Assembly: GCA_014729555.1 (NCBI GenBank)
Contig: WJJT01000036.1
Coordinates: 1 to 61,564 of the forward strand
Origin: Candidatus Woesearchaeota archaeon
GTDB taxonomy: Archaea; Nanobdellota; Nanobdellia; Woesearchaeales; ARS49
DNA length: 61,564 nt
Direction: 5' to 3'
This document shows, one piece after another, positions 45,249 through 54,238 of the stretch; the first letter of the stretch is position 1, and each line of letters starts with the position of its first letter. Position numbers and translations under genes: made by a program. The notes below the pieces were generated by a model, which worked only from the letters and a program-made list of their open reading frames with translations, was not told where the DNA came from and did no database searches.

Positions 45249-46127
45249 ATGCATCCATCGAACAGCGGAACTTCAAAACAGATAAATGAGCTCAGAAAAG
45301 AAATACAAGAGCTAAGAAAGAGTCTTAACCAGATTAACGACCAAAAAGAAGCACTCTTTGACAAGCGTGAAAAGCTTGGAAAAGAAATCATTTCTCTCAT
45401 CAATACCACAAAAAATCTAAGAAAAAAAAGAGATGAACTAACCACGTCTGTAAAAGAATTCAAGAAAGAAAGAAAAAATCTTAATGAACACATAACCAAA
45501 AAAATAGAGAACATCAAAAAACTGAACAAAGAGAAAAAAGACCTTGAACGCAAAAAAGGAATAAAAGAAAGCCCGTCCCAGCTCAAGAGAGAGATAGAGG
45601 GAATAGAATTCAAGATAGAAACCAGCGCGCTAAGCTTTGACAAAGAACAAAAACTGATGAAGCGGCTCAAGGAATTAAAGAAAAAATTCAAGGAATTAAC
45701 AGAAATGAGCGGGGTGTGGGAATCAACACACGGCCTGTCCAAAGAAATAGATGAAGAAAAGAAAAAAGCAGACGAATACCACAAAAAAATACAAGACCTT
45801 GCAAAAGAGAGCCAGGAAAAACACGAAACAAGCATAGAAAACTCCAAAAAAATACAAGAACTCAAAGAAAAAGAAGAAAAAGTCAAGAAAGAAATAACAG
45901 AGAAAAAAGAAGAAATAAACAAAGTCAATGAGAAGCTGAAAGAGAAACTACAGCAAATAGGCGAGCTTGATGCAACCTATAAAGAAGAGAAAAAAGTCAA
46001 ACAAGAGAAACAAGAGAAAAAACGCAAAAAAACAATATCAGAAAGACAAAAAGAAGTTGAAGACAAACTAATAAGAGGTGAAAAGTTAACAACAGAAGAT
46101 TTGCTTGTTATGCAGAATATTGATTAG
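45249..46127 (+). CDS. K/E-rich coiled-coil protein (archaeal conserved coiled-coil type)
   Basis: 292 aa of continuous heptad-like K/E/L sequence. The antisense ORF 45227-45928 is a low-complexity shadow. Confidence 0.7.
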   Translation: MHPSNSGTSKQINELRKEIQELRKSLNQINDQKEALFDKREKLGKEIISLINTTKNLRKKRDELTTSVKEFKKERKNLNEHITKKIENIKKLNKEKKDLERKKGIKESPSQLKREIEGIEFKIETSALSFDKEQKLMKRLKELKKKFKELTEMSGVWESTHGLSKEIDEEKKKADEYHKKIQDLAKESQEKHETSIENSKKIQELKEKEEKVKKEITEKKEEINKVNEKLKEKLQQIGELDATYKEEKKVKQEKQEKKRKKTISERQKEVEDKLIRGEKLTTEDLLVMQNID

Positions 46128-46138
46128 AAATAAAAAAA

Positions 46139-46357
46139 TTACTTCTTCTTTTCCTTTTCCTCATTCTTACTAGCAGACTCAAACTCTGTGTATTTGCATT
46201 TTCCGCAGTAAGAACGGCCTTTGTGCTTTGCCATGAAGAATCCCTGGCCGCATTTTGGGCAGGATTTTCTCTTTCTCTCCAAGGAATCTCCTTTTTTCTC
46301 GAAAAAATCAGCAGTCTTGACAGGCTTTCTCTTTCTTCTCGGCTTTTTTTCTCCCAT
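46139..46357 (-). CDS. rps27ae: Ribosomal protein eS31 (S27ae)
   Basis: CPKCGQGFFMAKHKGRSYCGKCKYT zinc ribbon. Follows S24e, as in the conserved archaeal order. Confidence 0.85.
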   Translation of the reverse strand: MGEKKPRRKRKPVKTADFFEKKGDSLERKRKSCPKCGQGFFMAKHKGRSYCGKCKYTEFESASKNEEKEKKK

Positions 46358-46839
46358 TATTCAGCACCTTCCTTTTTCTCTTCAGGCTTAGCCTCTTCCT
46401 TAGGAGCTTCTTCTTTTTTTGACTCTTCTTTAGGTTCTTCTTTCTTCTCTTCAGGCTTTGCTTCTTCCTTTTTCTCAGGAGCAGCCTCTTCTTTCTTCTC
46501 TTCCTTAGGAGCCTCAGCAGGCTTAGCCTCTTCTTCAGCCTTTTTCTTAGCCTCAGCAGCCTTTTTCTCTTTCTCTAACTGCTTCTTGGGCTTTGGCTCA
46601 ATCCTGTCAAGCTCTTCCTTTGAATTGTAAACAAAAGCAGTGAAATCTGCCTGGTGAGAGCCAAGAGTATTCCTAATCTTCCGCATCTTAACAACAGAAG
46701 GCTCAATCTTCATCTGAGAAGCAATGCCCTGCGCAACCTGCTCATTAGAGGGCGTAGTACCATCAAAAGAAACAGTGCCAGATACCTCAATCCTTGACAA
46801 CAAGGGATTTTCCTTTTTTTCCTTTATTTCTATCTTCAT
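46357..46839 (-). CDS. rps24e: Ribosomal protein eS24 with a ~60-aa K/E/P-rich C-terminal extension
   Basis: KENPLLSRIEV...V.F.G.TPS.......IA........VV...I....G.......A.VY.S is the S24e core, followed by KEEAKPEEKK-type repeats. Confidence 0.85.
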   Translation of the reverse strand: MKIEIKEKKENPLLSRIEVSGTVSFDGTTPSNEQVAQGIASQMKIEPSVVKMRKIRNTLGSHQADFTAFVYNSKEELDRIEPKPKKQLEKEKKAAEAKKKAEEEAKPAEAPKEEKKEEAAPEKKEEAKPEEKKEEPKEESKKEEAPKEEAKPEEKKEGAE

Positions 46840-46840
46840 T

Positions 46841-47026
46841 TTAAGTCACTTTTATAGCATATTCTCCCTTAACTTTTGCACCAAGCTTTTCTGCAATCAC
46901 AGACTTGTTGGCATCAATAATATACAATCTTCCCTTCCAGTTAGTAATGAACTGAGAGCCCTTGCAGACAGGACACTCATCACCCTCAACAAAAATCTTG
47001 CAATTCTTGCATGCTTTTTTCTTCAT
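46841..47026 (-). CDS. spt4: Transcription elongation factor Spt4 (RpoE'')
   Basis: KACKNCK......CPVCKG Cys4 ribbon, then W.G...I.D...S.IA. 61 aa. Confidence 0.85.
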   Translation of the reverse strand: MKKKACKNCKIFVEGDECPVCKGSQFITNWKGRLYIIDANKSVIAEKLGAKVKGEYAIKVT

Positions 47027-47619
47027 TTTTTCTTACCTTCTGATTTTTTTGCAGCAGGCTTTTTTGTTTCCTTGGCCTGTTTTTCCTTGCCTTCTTCCTC
47101 AATCCACTCCAGCTTGCCAAGACCCTGCTGCCGCATTGTCAAACCAATCTTTGGATTAGTGATGTCCTTGAATGAAACTGCAATCACCCTTGCCCTGCAA
47201 AGGTCACCAACTTTCAGGACCTTCTTGCTGTCCCTTCCAGTCAGGACCTTTTCCTTTGCAAAACTCACAAAATCATCCATTGTCTGGCTGATGTGAATCA
47301 TGCCGTCAACAGGACCCATTGTGAGGAAAGCACCAAAATCAGCAATATCCTTAATCCTTCCAACAACAACCTCCTGCAATTCAGGCTTAAAAGCAATAAT
47401 CTCAAATGTTGTCTCATAATACGAAGCGCCGTCACCAGGAATGATTACACCCTCGCCAATATCCGTAACATTCACAATATCAATAACAAAGCCAAGCTCT
47501 GCATTAGTCAAGCCGTTATATTTCAGCTTGACAGACTTCAGAACTGCCTCCTTGACATCCAAATTAAAATACATCGGAGGCACCCTGATATGGTCTTTTA
47601 ACTCAATTCTGTAAAACAT
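47023..47619 (-). CDS. rpoE: RNA polymerase subunit Rpo7 (E') with S1 domain and short K-rich tail
   Basis: MFYRIELKDHIRVPP..F N-terminus, and S1 domain GRIKDIADFGAFL..GPVDGMIHISQ. ATGA overlap with spt4. Confidence 0.9.
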   Translation of the reverse strand: MFYRIELKDHIRVPPMYFNLDVKEAVLKSVKLKYNGLTNAELGFVIDIVNVTDIGEGVIIPGDGASYYETTFEIIAFKPELQEVVVGRIKDIADFGAFLTMGPVDGMIHISQTMDDFVSFAKEKVLTGRDSKKVLKVGDLCRARVIAVSFKDITNPKIGLTMRQQGLGKLEWIEEEGKEKQAKETKKPAAKKSEGKKK

Positions 47620-47705
47620 TTTTTAATCCTCGCCTGCATCAACACAGGAAGGCATTGTTTCAGAAACCCCCTGCATCTCACTATACCTTAAGAATAAAGA
47701 GGTGT

Positions 47706-49346
47706 TTAAAAAGGTTGTGTTTTTAACCTTGAAACCAGCTCGTGCAAAATATCCTTTGTCAAAAGATTAAAAGTGTATTTTCCTCTTTTCTCACGCTCAA
47801 GACGCCCAGCAGACTCCAACTTTCGGACCGTGTTGCTGACACGCGCCTTATTCCAGCCAAGAGCATCTGCAATCTGGGTATTTGAAGCCCAAATGCAATC
47901 TTCATTAGCTTCAGCTCCATCTTCTCTAAGGGCCTTGACAAAAGAAGCCTCATCTGTAACAGGACTTGCAGTATCAACCGGAGCAGAACTTCTTTTTTGC
48001 ATTTGCTCGTATTCTATTAATTTCTTTTGCGTACTCCTGAATGCTTTTTCCAACTCAGTTATCTCAGCAACAACAGGATTCTCAGGTAAAGCCCTAAGAT
48101 ACTCTGGGCTCTGCCTTAACTCAATAATCTGATTATTAATATCCCTTGCTTCTGCCTCTGCTGTTTCAATCAGATGAGGCAGGGTCTTTTCAGTGAGCTG
48201 CATGATTTGCTCATCAAGACTGTCAACAGAAAGACCGCATGTTTCATAAACTGCCCTGAAATCACTGCAAATATCAAGAGCCTCTGCAATCTTATCCTGG
48301 TCATCAACAGACAACTGCTCTGGATCAACACCAACACAGGCATAAATGCGCTCAAGAGCCTTAAGAACAGAGGGTTCTTGCTTAACAGGCTGTTCTGGCT
48401 CAGGCTTTGTTTTAGATTTTGATGTCTTTGCAGGCGCACCCTTTTCTTCCTGCTCAAGCAATGCAGCAAGAGCCGCGCCATTGCCCAAGGCAGTCTCTGC
48501 CCCAACAAGATTTCTCTGAACAAACTTTCTGAATTCTGCCTTATCATGTGAAGTATAACCATTCCTTGGCTCCCATTTTGCAGAAGCCTTATTTTTCCCA
48601 TTGTATGCCGACTTGAACAGATTAAAAGCAGGATCAAACCACATAACCTCAACATTATTAAGTTTCAGGCGCTGGCCAGTGATAGTCTCAGTACCAACAA
48701 CATTCTCAGCAGTCAAAACAGAATACAATTCTGCTGCAATATTCATCACATCCTTATCACTTGAAAGAATATACACTTTCTTGTCCTGCAAAACAGACTG
48801 TGCAAAAGCATAAGCAACAAGACGTTCATCAGGCTCGTCACCAGAACTTGGCTCTTTCTTAAGTTCTGGAAAATCAACAACAAGCTTGCGAATAATATGT
48901 TTCATTGCAGAAAAAACCTTGTCTTCTTCTGCAGACTTTTCAAAATCAACTCTCTTTGGACTATTAACCTGTTCTTCAAGCTTCTGGTATGAATCAATAA
49001 GACAGGAGTATAAAGACGTGCTGCCAGAAGAATGCTGAATCTCGCTTATTACTCCTGCTATACCATCATTCATTTCCTCCCTGATATCTTTTGGCACAAG
49101 CACCCTGTCAGCAGGAAAATCCCTTAGATTTGACTCAAGAGCAGCATTGTACTTAAGAATATGCCCAATATTAGCTCCAGGCACGCCCTTCAGGTGCCTG
49201 CTGTCAGTCCAAGGAATAACATTATTATCAAGAACAACAAGACCCTGCCGGGGAATTGCCTTAAGATACCGTGTGCATGCCTCCAGCTTTTCAGGAGGGG
49301 CATCATACAAATGAAAATATTGCTTTTTTGCTGGCTTCATTTTCAC
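47706..49346 (-). CDS. 546-aa PIN-like domain + helical linker + C-terminal winged-helix protein
   Basis: LVVLDNNVI (Asp), DIREEM, DERLVAYA and ILSSDKDVMNIA lie in PIN order. C-terminal NTQIADALGWNKARVSNTVRKLESAGRLEREKRGKYTF is a MarR-like wHTH. Confidence 0.6.
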   Translation of the reverse strand: MKMKPAKKQYFHLYDAPPEKLEACTRYLKAIPRQGLVVLDNNVIPWTDSRHLKGVPGANIGHILKYNAALESNLRDFPADRVLVPKDIREEMNDGIAGVISEIQHSSGSTSLYSCLIDSYQKLEEQVNSPKRVDFEKSAEEDKVFSAMKHIIRKLVVDFPELKKEPSSGDEPDERLVAYAFAQSVLQDKKVYILSSDKDVMNIAAELYSVLTAENVVGTETITGQRLKLNNVEVMWFDPAFNLFKSAYNGKNKASAKWEPRNGYTSHDKAEFRKFVQRNLVGAETALGNGAALAALLEQEEKGAPAKTSKSKTKPEPEQPVKQEPSVLKALERIYACVGVDPEQLSVDDQDKIAEALDICSDFRAVYETCGLSVDSLDEQIMQLTEKTLPHLIETAEAEARDINNQIIELRQSPEYLRALPENPVVAEITELEKAFRSTQKKLIEYEQMQKRSSAPVDTASPVTDEASFVKALREDGAEANEDCIWASNTQIADALGWNKARVSNTVRKLESAGRLEREKRGKYTFNLLTKDILHELVSRLKTQPF

Positions 49347-49395
49347 GACAAAAAAAAGCAGGCCATTTAAAAAGCTTGTGGTTATTCACCCCTTA

Positions 49396-49803
49396 TTAGT
49401 GAGAAACAAGTTTTAAGTGGCTTTTCTGGCGCAGCACAACAACAGAAATGCCTTTTTGTTTCAGTTTCCTCTTTAACTCAGCATCTGTTGTTGCAACAAT
49501 CGTGTCCCTGCCTGCAATATCAAGAATCAATTCATCAACAATCCTGTCTTTTTTTGTCTTGATTGACGGAATCTTCTTAGCCTTCAGGATGGCCTTTGCC
49601 AGTTTAGCATCTGCCTTGGACTTGCCTTTCTGGCTTTCAATTATGTTATCCAGCTCATCAAGAGTCTTGTCAATAACATAAATTTTATAAGGAAAATCAA
49701 GGATTCTTTTCAGCTCCTCCACATAATCAACCTTATGACTAGCACAGTGAATCAAAAAATCAGTGTCCAGTATTACTGCCTTTACCATATGCCTTAATGT
49801 CAT
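49396..49803 (-). CDS. Fcf1/Utp24-like PIN-domain endonuclease
   Basis: AVILDTDFLIH....K, and IVATTDAELKRKLKQKGISVVVLRQK is typical of archaeal Fcf1 homologs. Confidence 0.75.
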   Translation of the reverse strand: MTLRHMVKAVILDTDFLIHCASHKVDYVEELKRILDFPYKIYVIDKTLDELDNIIESQKGKSKADAKLAKAILKAKKIPSIKTKKDRIVDELILDIAGRDTIVATTDAELKRKLKQKGISVVVLRQKSHLKLVSH

Positions 49804-50365
49804 GACGTATCCTGTCGTAACATTCAGGAGCTAAAAAGTAATCAAATATAAGATTTGCCCTTCCAAACTGAATCTTGTCACCTGGCTTAATAACAGTTCC
49901 CGGAGGATTTGGCTTTATCATTTTATTATTCACTTTAGTCCCGCAGGTTGAATCCACATCAACCAATACAAAACCGCCTGAAATCCTCTTAAGATAAGCA
50001 TGAAGCTTTGATACAGACTGGTCTGGCACAGTAATCTGGACATTTGAATCATACATATTCCTTCCAATACCAATCCTGTCCTTAAATACCCCTTGTATTA
50101 TCTCCTGGAGCTCCAGGTTAGAAGGGATACCAAATACAAGAACACCTCTTGGATCGCCATCACTCATGACAAGAAACTGCTGCAGTGTCTTAAAACCATC
50201 TCCCTGTGCAGTGCTGCTTACACCATGGCCATATAAAAAATCATGACTGCAGAACCTGTGCGTAAATACATCTCTAGTGACATAACCAGGAGCCTCTGGA
50301 TCTGCAATCAATCTCTCTAAGACAGCAAGACCCCAGGGCATTATTATGCCTTTTTCATCATCCAT
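49760..50365 (-). CDS. Protein with a canonical C-terminal FHA domain
   Basis: IGIGRN....VSKLHAYL....DSTCGTKVNNK....GDKIQFG. Start at MDDEKG. Confidence 0.75.
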   Translation of the reverse strand: MDDEKGIIMPWGLAVLERLIADPEAPGYVTRDVFTHRFCSHDFLYGHGVSSTAQGDGFKTLQQFLVMSDGDPRGVLVFGIPSNLELQEIIQGVFKDRIGIGRNMYDSNVQITVPDQSVSKLHAYLKRISGGFVLVDVDSTCGTKVNNKMIKPNPPGTVIKPGDKIQFGRANLIFDYFLAPECYDRIRHDIKAYGKGSNTGH

Positions 50366-50411
50366 TAATACCCACCAAAAACAAGAAAGTATCTGCACTA
50401 TATAAAACATT

Positions 50412-51194
50412 CTAAAGTTTATTATACATTTTCAGGGTCTTTACAGCATCACCAAACGTGTCAGGGCTCTCGTTTATGATTCTTATGCCAAACCTATATT
50501 TCTTAACCCACTGCAGAACCTCCTGGATGTCTTTTTCAGGCGTTAACACGTGCCTTTTCTCACCCTTAGGCCCCCATTCAATACCAGACATGTGCGCTGT
50601 CAAGGGCTTAAACTTAAACTTCTTCATCATGTCAAAAACATACTTCCAGTTAACCTTTCCGCGATAAGCTGCCTTGAGATGCGCAAAATCAAAACAAGCA
50701 GCACACTTTGTATCCTTGTGCAGCTGATACAATTCATCAATTGTTCCAAAAGAGGAATCCCTGCCCATGAGCTCTGGAGCAAGCATGACCTTCCACTTGC
50801 TATCCTTGATTACATCCTGCATATCCTTTATAGCCTTTTTGATGCCCTCATACGCCTGAAGTCTAGTTAATTTGCCATAATAACCAGCATGAAAAACAAT
50901 ATACTTTGCACCAAGATAATGCCCTCTTTCTGCACTTGTAAGAATCCTCTTTTTAGAGGCAGCAATCTTTGACTTGTCTGCAGAAACAAGATTAATATAA
51001 TACGGGCAGTGAACACTCAAGTCAATCTTAAACTTCTTTGCAGCCGCACCAACTGTCTTAGCAATCTTATTGCTATTCATATAAATTGCATGAGTGAAAG
51101 TTACTTCTGCACAACCAAGCCCTGCATCCTTAAACCTCCTGAAATTAGATTCATAATCAGAACCAATGCCTCCAGGACCAAGACAAACCCTCAT
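50412..51194 (-). CDS. nfo: Endonuclease IV-like TIM-barrel (AP endonuclease family 2)
   Basis: SVHCPYYINLVS, IVFHAGYY and FDFAHL metal-ligand-like motifs. Confidence 0.65.
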   Translation of the reverse strand: MRVCLGPGGIGSDYESNFRRFKDAGLGCAEVTFTHAIYMNSNKIAKTVGAAAKKFKIDLSVHCPYYINLVSADKSKIAASKKRILTSAERGHYLGAKYIVFHAGYYGKLTRLQAYEGIKKAIKDMQDVIKDSKWKVMLAPELMGRDSSFGTIDELYQLHKDTKCAACFDFAHLKAAYRGKVNWKYVFDMMKKFKFKPLTAHMSGIEWGPKGEKRHVLTPEKDIQEVLQWVKKYRFGIRIINESPDTFGDAVKTLKMYNKL

Positions 51195-52384
51195 TTTTTA
51201 GCAATAAAAAACTTATCCTTGAAAGAGGACACAACAGTGGAGAGAATAATCGAGTACAGGATAAAAGCAAGAGTGACATCAAGAACAATACTGATGCCAG
51301 GAATATAATAAATAGTCCCAGGAGTGTTGTATATAGCCAATAGAAACACAACAGCAGCAGTAGAGATGCCCTTAGGAGCATTAAGAGTGATAAACCAAAT
51401 CTCCCTTGGCTTTAGCTTCTCTTTCCTGAAGCTGGCGATAACAGCAATATACCTCACCAGCAAATAAGCAGCAAACAGCAAAAGAGACCTTATGAAAAAC
51501 TCTGCAGTCAAGGGAATCTTTATAGTCAAGCCAAGCAGTATAAAAACAAAAATAAAAAAAGCCTTTGTCAAGACAGACTCAACAGACAAGACCTCCGCCT
51601 TTTCCCTGACAGAGACATTGCCAAAGAAAATACCCAGAGTAATCACAGCAAGAACGCCGTTGCCGTGCAGGTTCTCCGCCAAAACATAAGCAAGCAAAGA
51701 AGCAATAATAACCGCCAATGGAGAGTAAAGCGGAGAATACCTCTTCTGCATAACCTTAAACAAAATAATGCCAACAAAAATACCAGCACCAATGCCAACA
51801 ACAAACTTTGTCAAAAAAGGAACAATCAACTCAACAACACCAGAAATCTGGGACTGGCCCTGTGTAAAATCAATGATGACAAAAGGAAGCAAAACATTCA
51901 AAGGAGTGTTAAAAACAGACTCAAGCTTAAGAATAGCAATAACCTTGTTCTTGGCCTCCTGCAGAATCGAGAGAACAATATCAGGGCTGGTGCCAAGAGT
52001 GATGGTGACAAACAGCAAAGCAAGAACAATAGGAATGCCAAGCAAAAGCTTTGTGGCAAGAGTAAAAACAACAAGACTCAAAACAGTAAGGATGCCAACA
52101 AATTTCAGGGCCTTGATAGAAAAAGTATCCAGCTCCTTTAAGCGCAGTTTTGAAGAACTGTCAAAAACAATCAAAGCCAGTGCAAGCAGGCTCACAGCAG
52201 TAAGAAAAGTAGTAGGAAACTGAATCAAGGGCTTTCCCTGATAAGTCAAAAAACCAAAAACAATACCAACAAGAATCAAAACAAGAATCTCAGGCAGGTT
52301 CAAACGCTTGGCCAAAAGAGAAAACAGCACCCCTATCAATAAGACAACTGAAATCGCTGTGAGTATGGACAGTGCTTCTACCAT
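51191..52384 (-). CDS. Cation:proton antiporter (CPA-type Na+/H+ exchanger)
   Basis: About 11 TM helices. N-terminal ...LLAKRLNLPEILVLILVGIVFG is typical of the family. Confidence 0.6.
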   Translation of the reverse strand: MVEALSILTAISVVLLIGVLFSLLAKRLNLPEILVLILVGIVFGFLTYQGKPLIQFPTTFLTAVSLLALALIVFDSSSKLRLKELDTFSIKALKFVGILTVLSLVVFTLATKLLLGIPIVLALLFVTITLGTSPDIVLSILQEAKNKVIAILKLESVFNTPLNVLLPFVIIDFTQGQSQISGVVELIVPFLTKFVVGIGAGIFVGIILFKVMQKRYSPLYSPLAVIIASLLAYVLAENLHGNGVLAVITLGIFFGNVSVREKAEVLSVESVLTKAFFIFVFILLGLTIKIPLTAEFFIRSLLLFAAYLLVRYIAVIASFRKEKLKPREIWFITLNAPKGISTAAVVFLLAIYNTPGTIYYIPGISIVLDVTLAFILYSIILSTVVSSFKDKFFIAKK

Positions 52385-52466
52385 TATTACCCCTTTTTTA
52401 AAGAATTAATTCGGTACTAGTATATTTAAATTTTGCTTTTTAATGACAAATCAGGCAAAATTTAAA

Positions 52467-52513
52467 ATATGTGAACTTTTCCTTTTTAAATACCAAAACA
52501 AAAGTTCACATAT
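52467..52513. promoter_or_regulatory. 14-bp perfect inverted repeat ATATGTGAACTTTT / AAAAGTTCACATAT, 19-nt spacer, overlapping the cca TATA box
   Basis: Arms at 52467-52480 and 52500-52513. The right arm runs into CATATAAAAAG. Confidence 0.6.
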
Positions 52514-52551
52514 AAAAAGATTTTTATACCTCATTCTTACTATGTCTTATA

Positions 52552-53778
52552 ATGAAGAAAATACTCAAACAAGTGCTTGAAGAGATAAAGCCAGAGAAAG
52601 AGAAAGTAAAAGAAGTAGAGGAATTTCTAAAGAAACTAAATTCTGAGATTAAAAAACACAAAATAAAGGCAAAAGCAGTTGCAGGAGGGAGCTATGCAAA
52701 AAAAACATGGTTAAAAGGGGATTATGACGTTGATATCTTTGTGAAATTTGGCATGAAATACAGGGATAAAGACCTAAGCAGGATGCTTGCAAAAGTGCTC
52801 AAGAAATTCAAGCCAGAGACAATACACGGAAGCAGGGATTACTTCTGGGTCAAGAACCTCATAAAATTCGAGATAGTGCCTGTCCTGGATATCAAGAAAG
52901 CAGAACAAGCGCAAAATGTAACAGACTTCTCACCACGACATGTTAAATGGGTAAACACAAAAGGCAAAAAATACAAGGATGACATAAGGCTGGCCAAGAG
53001 ATTCATGAAAGTCAACGGAGTATACGGCGCAGAAAGCTACATACACGGGTTCTCAGGGCATGTGGTTGACATTCTTGTCATATATTACAAAGGATTCATG
53101 CCAATGCTCAGGGCAGCAGCAAAATGGAAGCCAAAAGTAATAATAGACCCCACAGGAAAAATAGGGAGAAAAGCACCACTTGTGCTGAACAAAAGCAAGA
53201 TACAGGGGCCCTTAATTGTTATTGACCCGGTGCAGCCAGACAGGAATGCAGCAGCAGCAGTGAACAAGAAAAACTTTGATTATTTCATCCAGTGCGCAAA
53301 AAAATTCCTGAAAAAACCAGCAAAAGAATTCTTTGAATACAAGAAATTCGATAAAGACTATTTCAAGAAAAAAGGAAAACTTTTGATGGTAGAAGTAGAT
53401 GTACCAGAAGGAAAAGAAGACCCAACAGGAGCAAAACTGATGAAAGCATACCATTTCATAAGAAAAAAACTCAAAGACTTTGAGCCGATAGAGGGCGGAT
53501 GGAGCTGGGACAAGCAGAAAAAAGCCACATTCGGGTATGTGCTGAAAAAAGACAGGCTGCCAGCAACATACGAAAGACAAGGGCCTCCAGCAGAGATGAA
53601 AGAGGCAGTCAAGGAATTCAAAAAAGCACACAAAAAAACAAAAACAAAAAAAGGACACATAACCGCAGAGATAAAACACAAACACAGAAACCTGAAAAAA
53701 TACCTTGAAAAAGAGGTATTTCCGTCAGAATACATGAAAGACAAGGTGAAAAAGTGCAGAATCAAATCCTTATCCTAA
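52552..53778 (+). CDS. cca: Archaeal class I CCA-adding enzyme
   Basis: GGSYAKKTWLKGDYDVDIFV nucleotidyltransferase motif, and RDYFWV... Confidence 0.85.
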   Translation: MKKILKQVLEEIKPEKEKVKEVEEFLKKLNSEIKKHKIKAKAVAGGSYAKKTWLKGDYDVDIFVKFGMKYRDKDLSRMLAKVLKKFKPETIHGSRDYFWVKNLIKFEIVPVLDIKKAEQAQNVTDFSPRHVKWVNTKGKKYKDDIRLAKRFMKVNGVYGAESYIHGFSGHVVDILVIYYKGFMPMLRAAAKWKPKVIIDPTGKIGRKAPLVLNKSKIQGPLIVIDPVQPDRNAAAAVNKKNFDYFIQCAKKFLKKPAKEFFEYKKFDKDYFKKKGKLLMVEVDVPEGKEDPTGAKLMKAYHFIRKKLKDFEPIEGGWSWDKQKKATFGYVLKKDRLPATYERQGPPAEMKEAVKEFKKAHKKTKTKKGHITAEIKHKHRNLKKYLEKEVFPSEYMKDKVKKCRIKSLS

Positions 53779-54224
53779 TCGGGCTTACATTATTACCGTT
53801 CCTAGAACTAAGGGCAAGCATACCCTACGGAATACTGAATACCGACTTAAACTGGATGGCAGTGTTTATTACCTGTGTGATTACAAACATAATATTAGCA
53901 CCAATAATTTATTTTTTGCTTGACAAGGTGATTCATTTTTTCTTTTTTATCAAGCCATTCAAGAAAGTGTATGATTACTACATTATCAAAACACAGAAAA
54001 AAATCCACAAATACGTGGAAAAATACGGAGAAATAGGAGTCACGCTCTTTATAGCAGTGCCCTTGCCAGGCTCTGGAGTTTATTCAGGGGCGCTTGCAGC
54101 ATACATATTAGGGCTAAGCTACAAGGACTTCCTCAAGGCAGCAGCAACAGGGGTATTAATAGCAGGAGTCATTGTGACAGCAATAAGCCTGACAGGAAAC
54201 GAAGCATTTAAATTCCTGATATGA
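53754..54224 (+). CDS. Small membrane protein (Sm_multidrug_ex/COG2426-like)
   Basis: LLPFLELRASIPYGI and VPLPGSGVYSGA motifs, 4 TM helices. Confidence 0.5.
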   Translation: MQNQILILIGLTLLPFLELRASIPYGILNTDLNWMAVFITCVITNIILAPIIYFLLDKVIHFFFFIKPFKKVYDYYIIKTQKKIHKYVEKYGEIGVTLFIAVPLPGSGVYSGALAAYILGLSYKDFLKAAATGVLIAGVIVTAISLTGNEAFKFLI

Positions 54225-54238
54225 ACTAAGGTGTGATA

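Noticed and set aside
45227-46630. Long antisense ORFs 45227-45928 (-) and 46223-46630 (+) with S/F/L-rich low-complexity sequence
   Set aside because: They lie opposite K/E-rich coding regions (the coiled-coil protein and the S24e tail). They have no start context and implausible composition.
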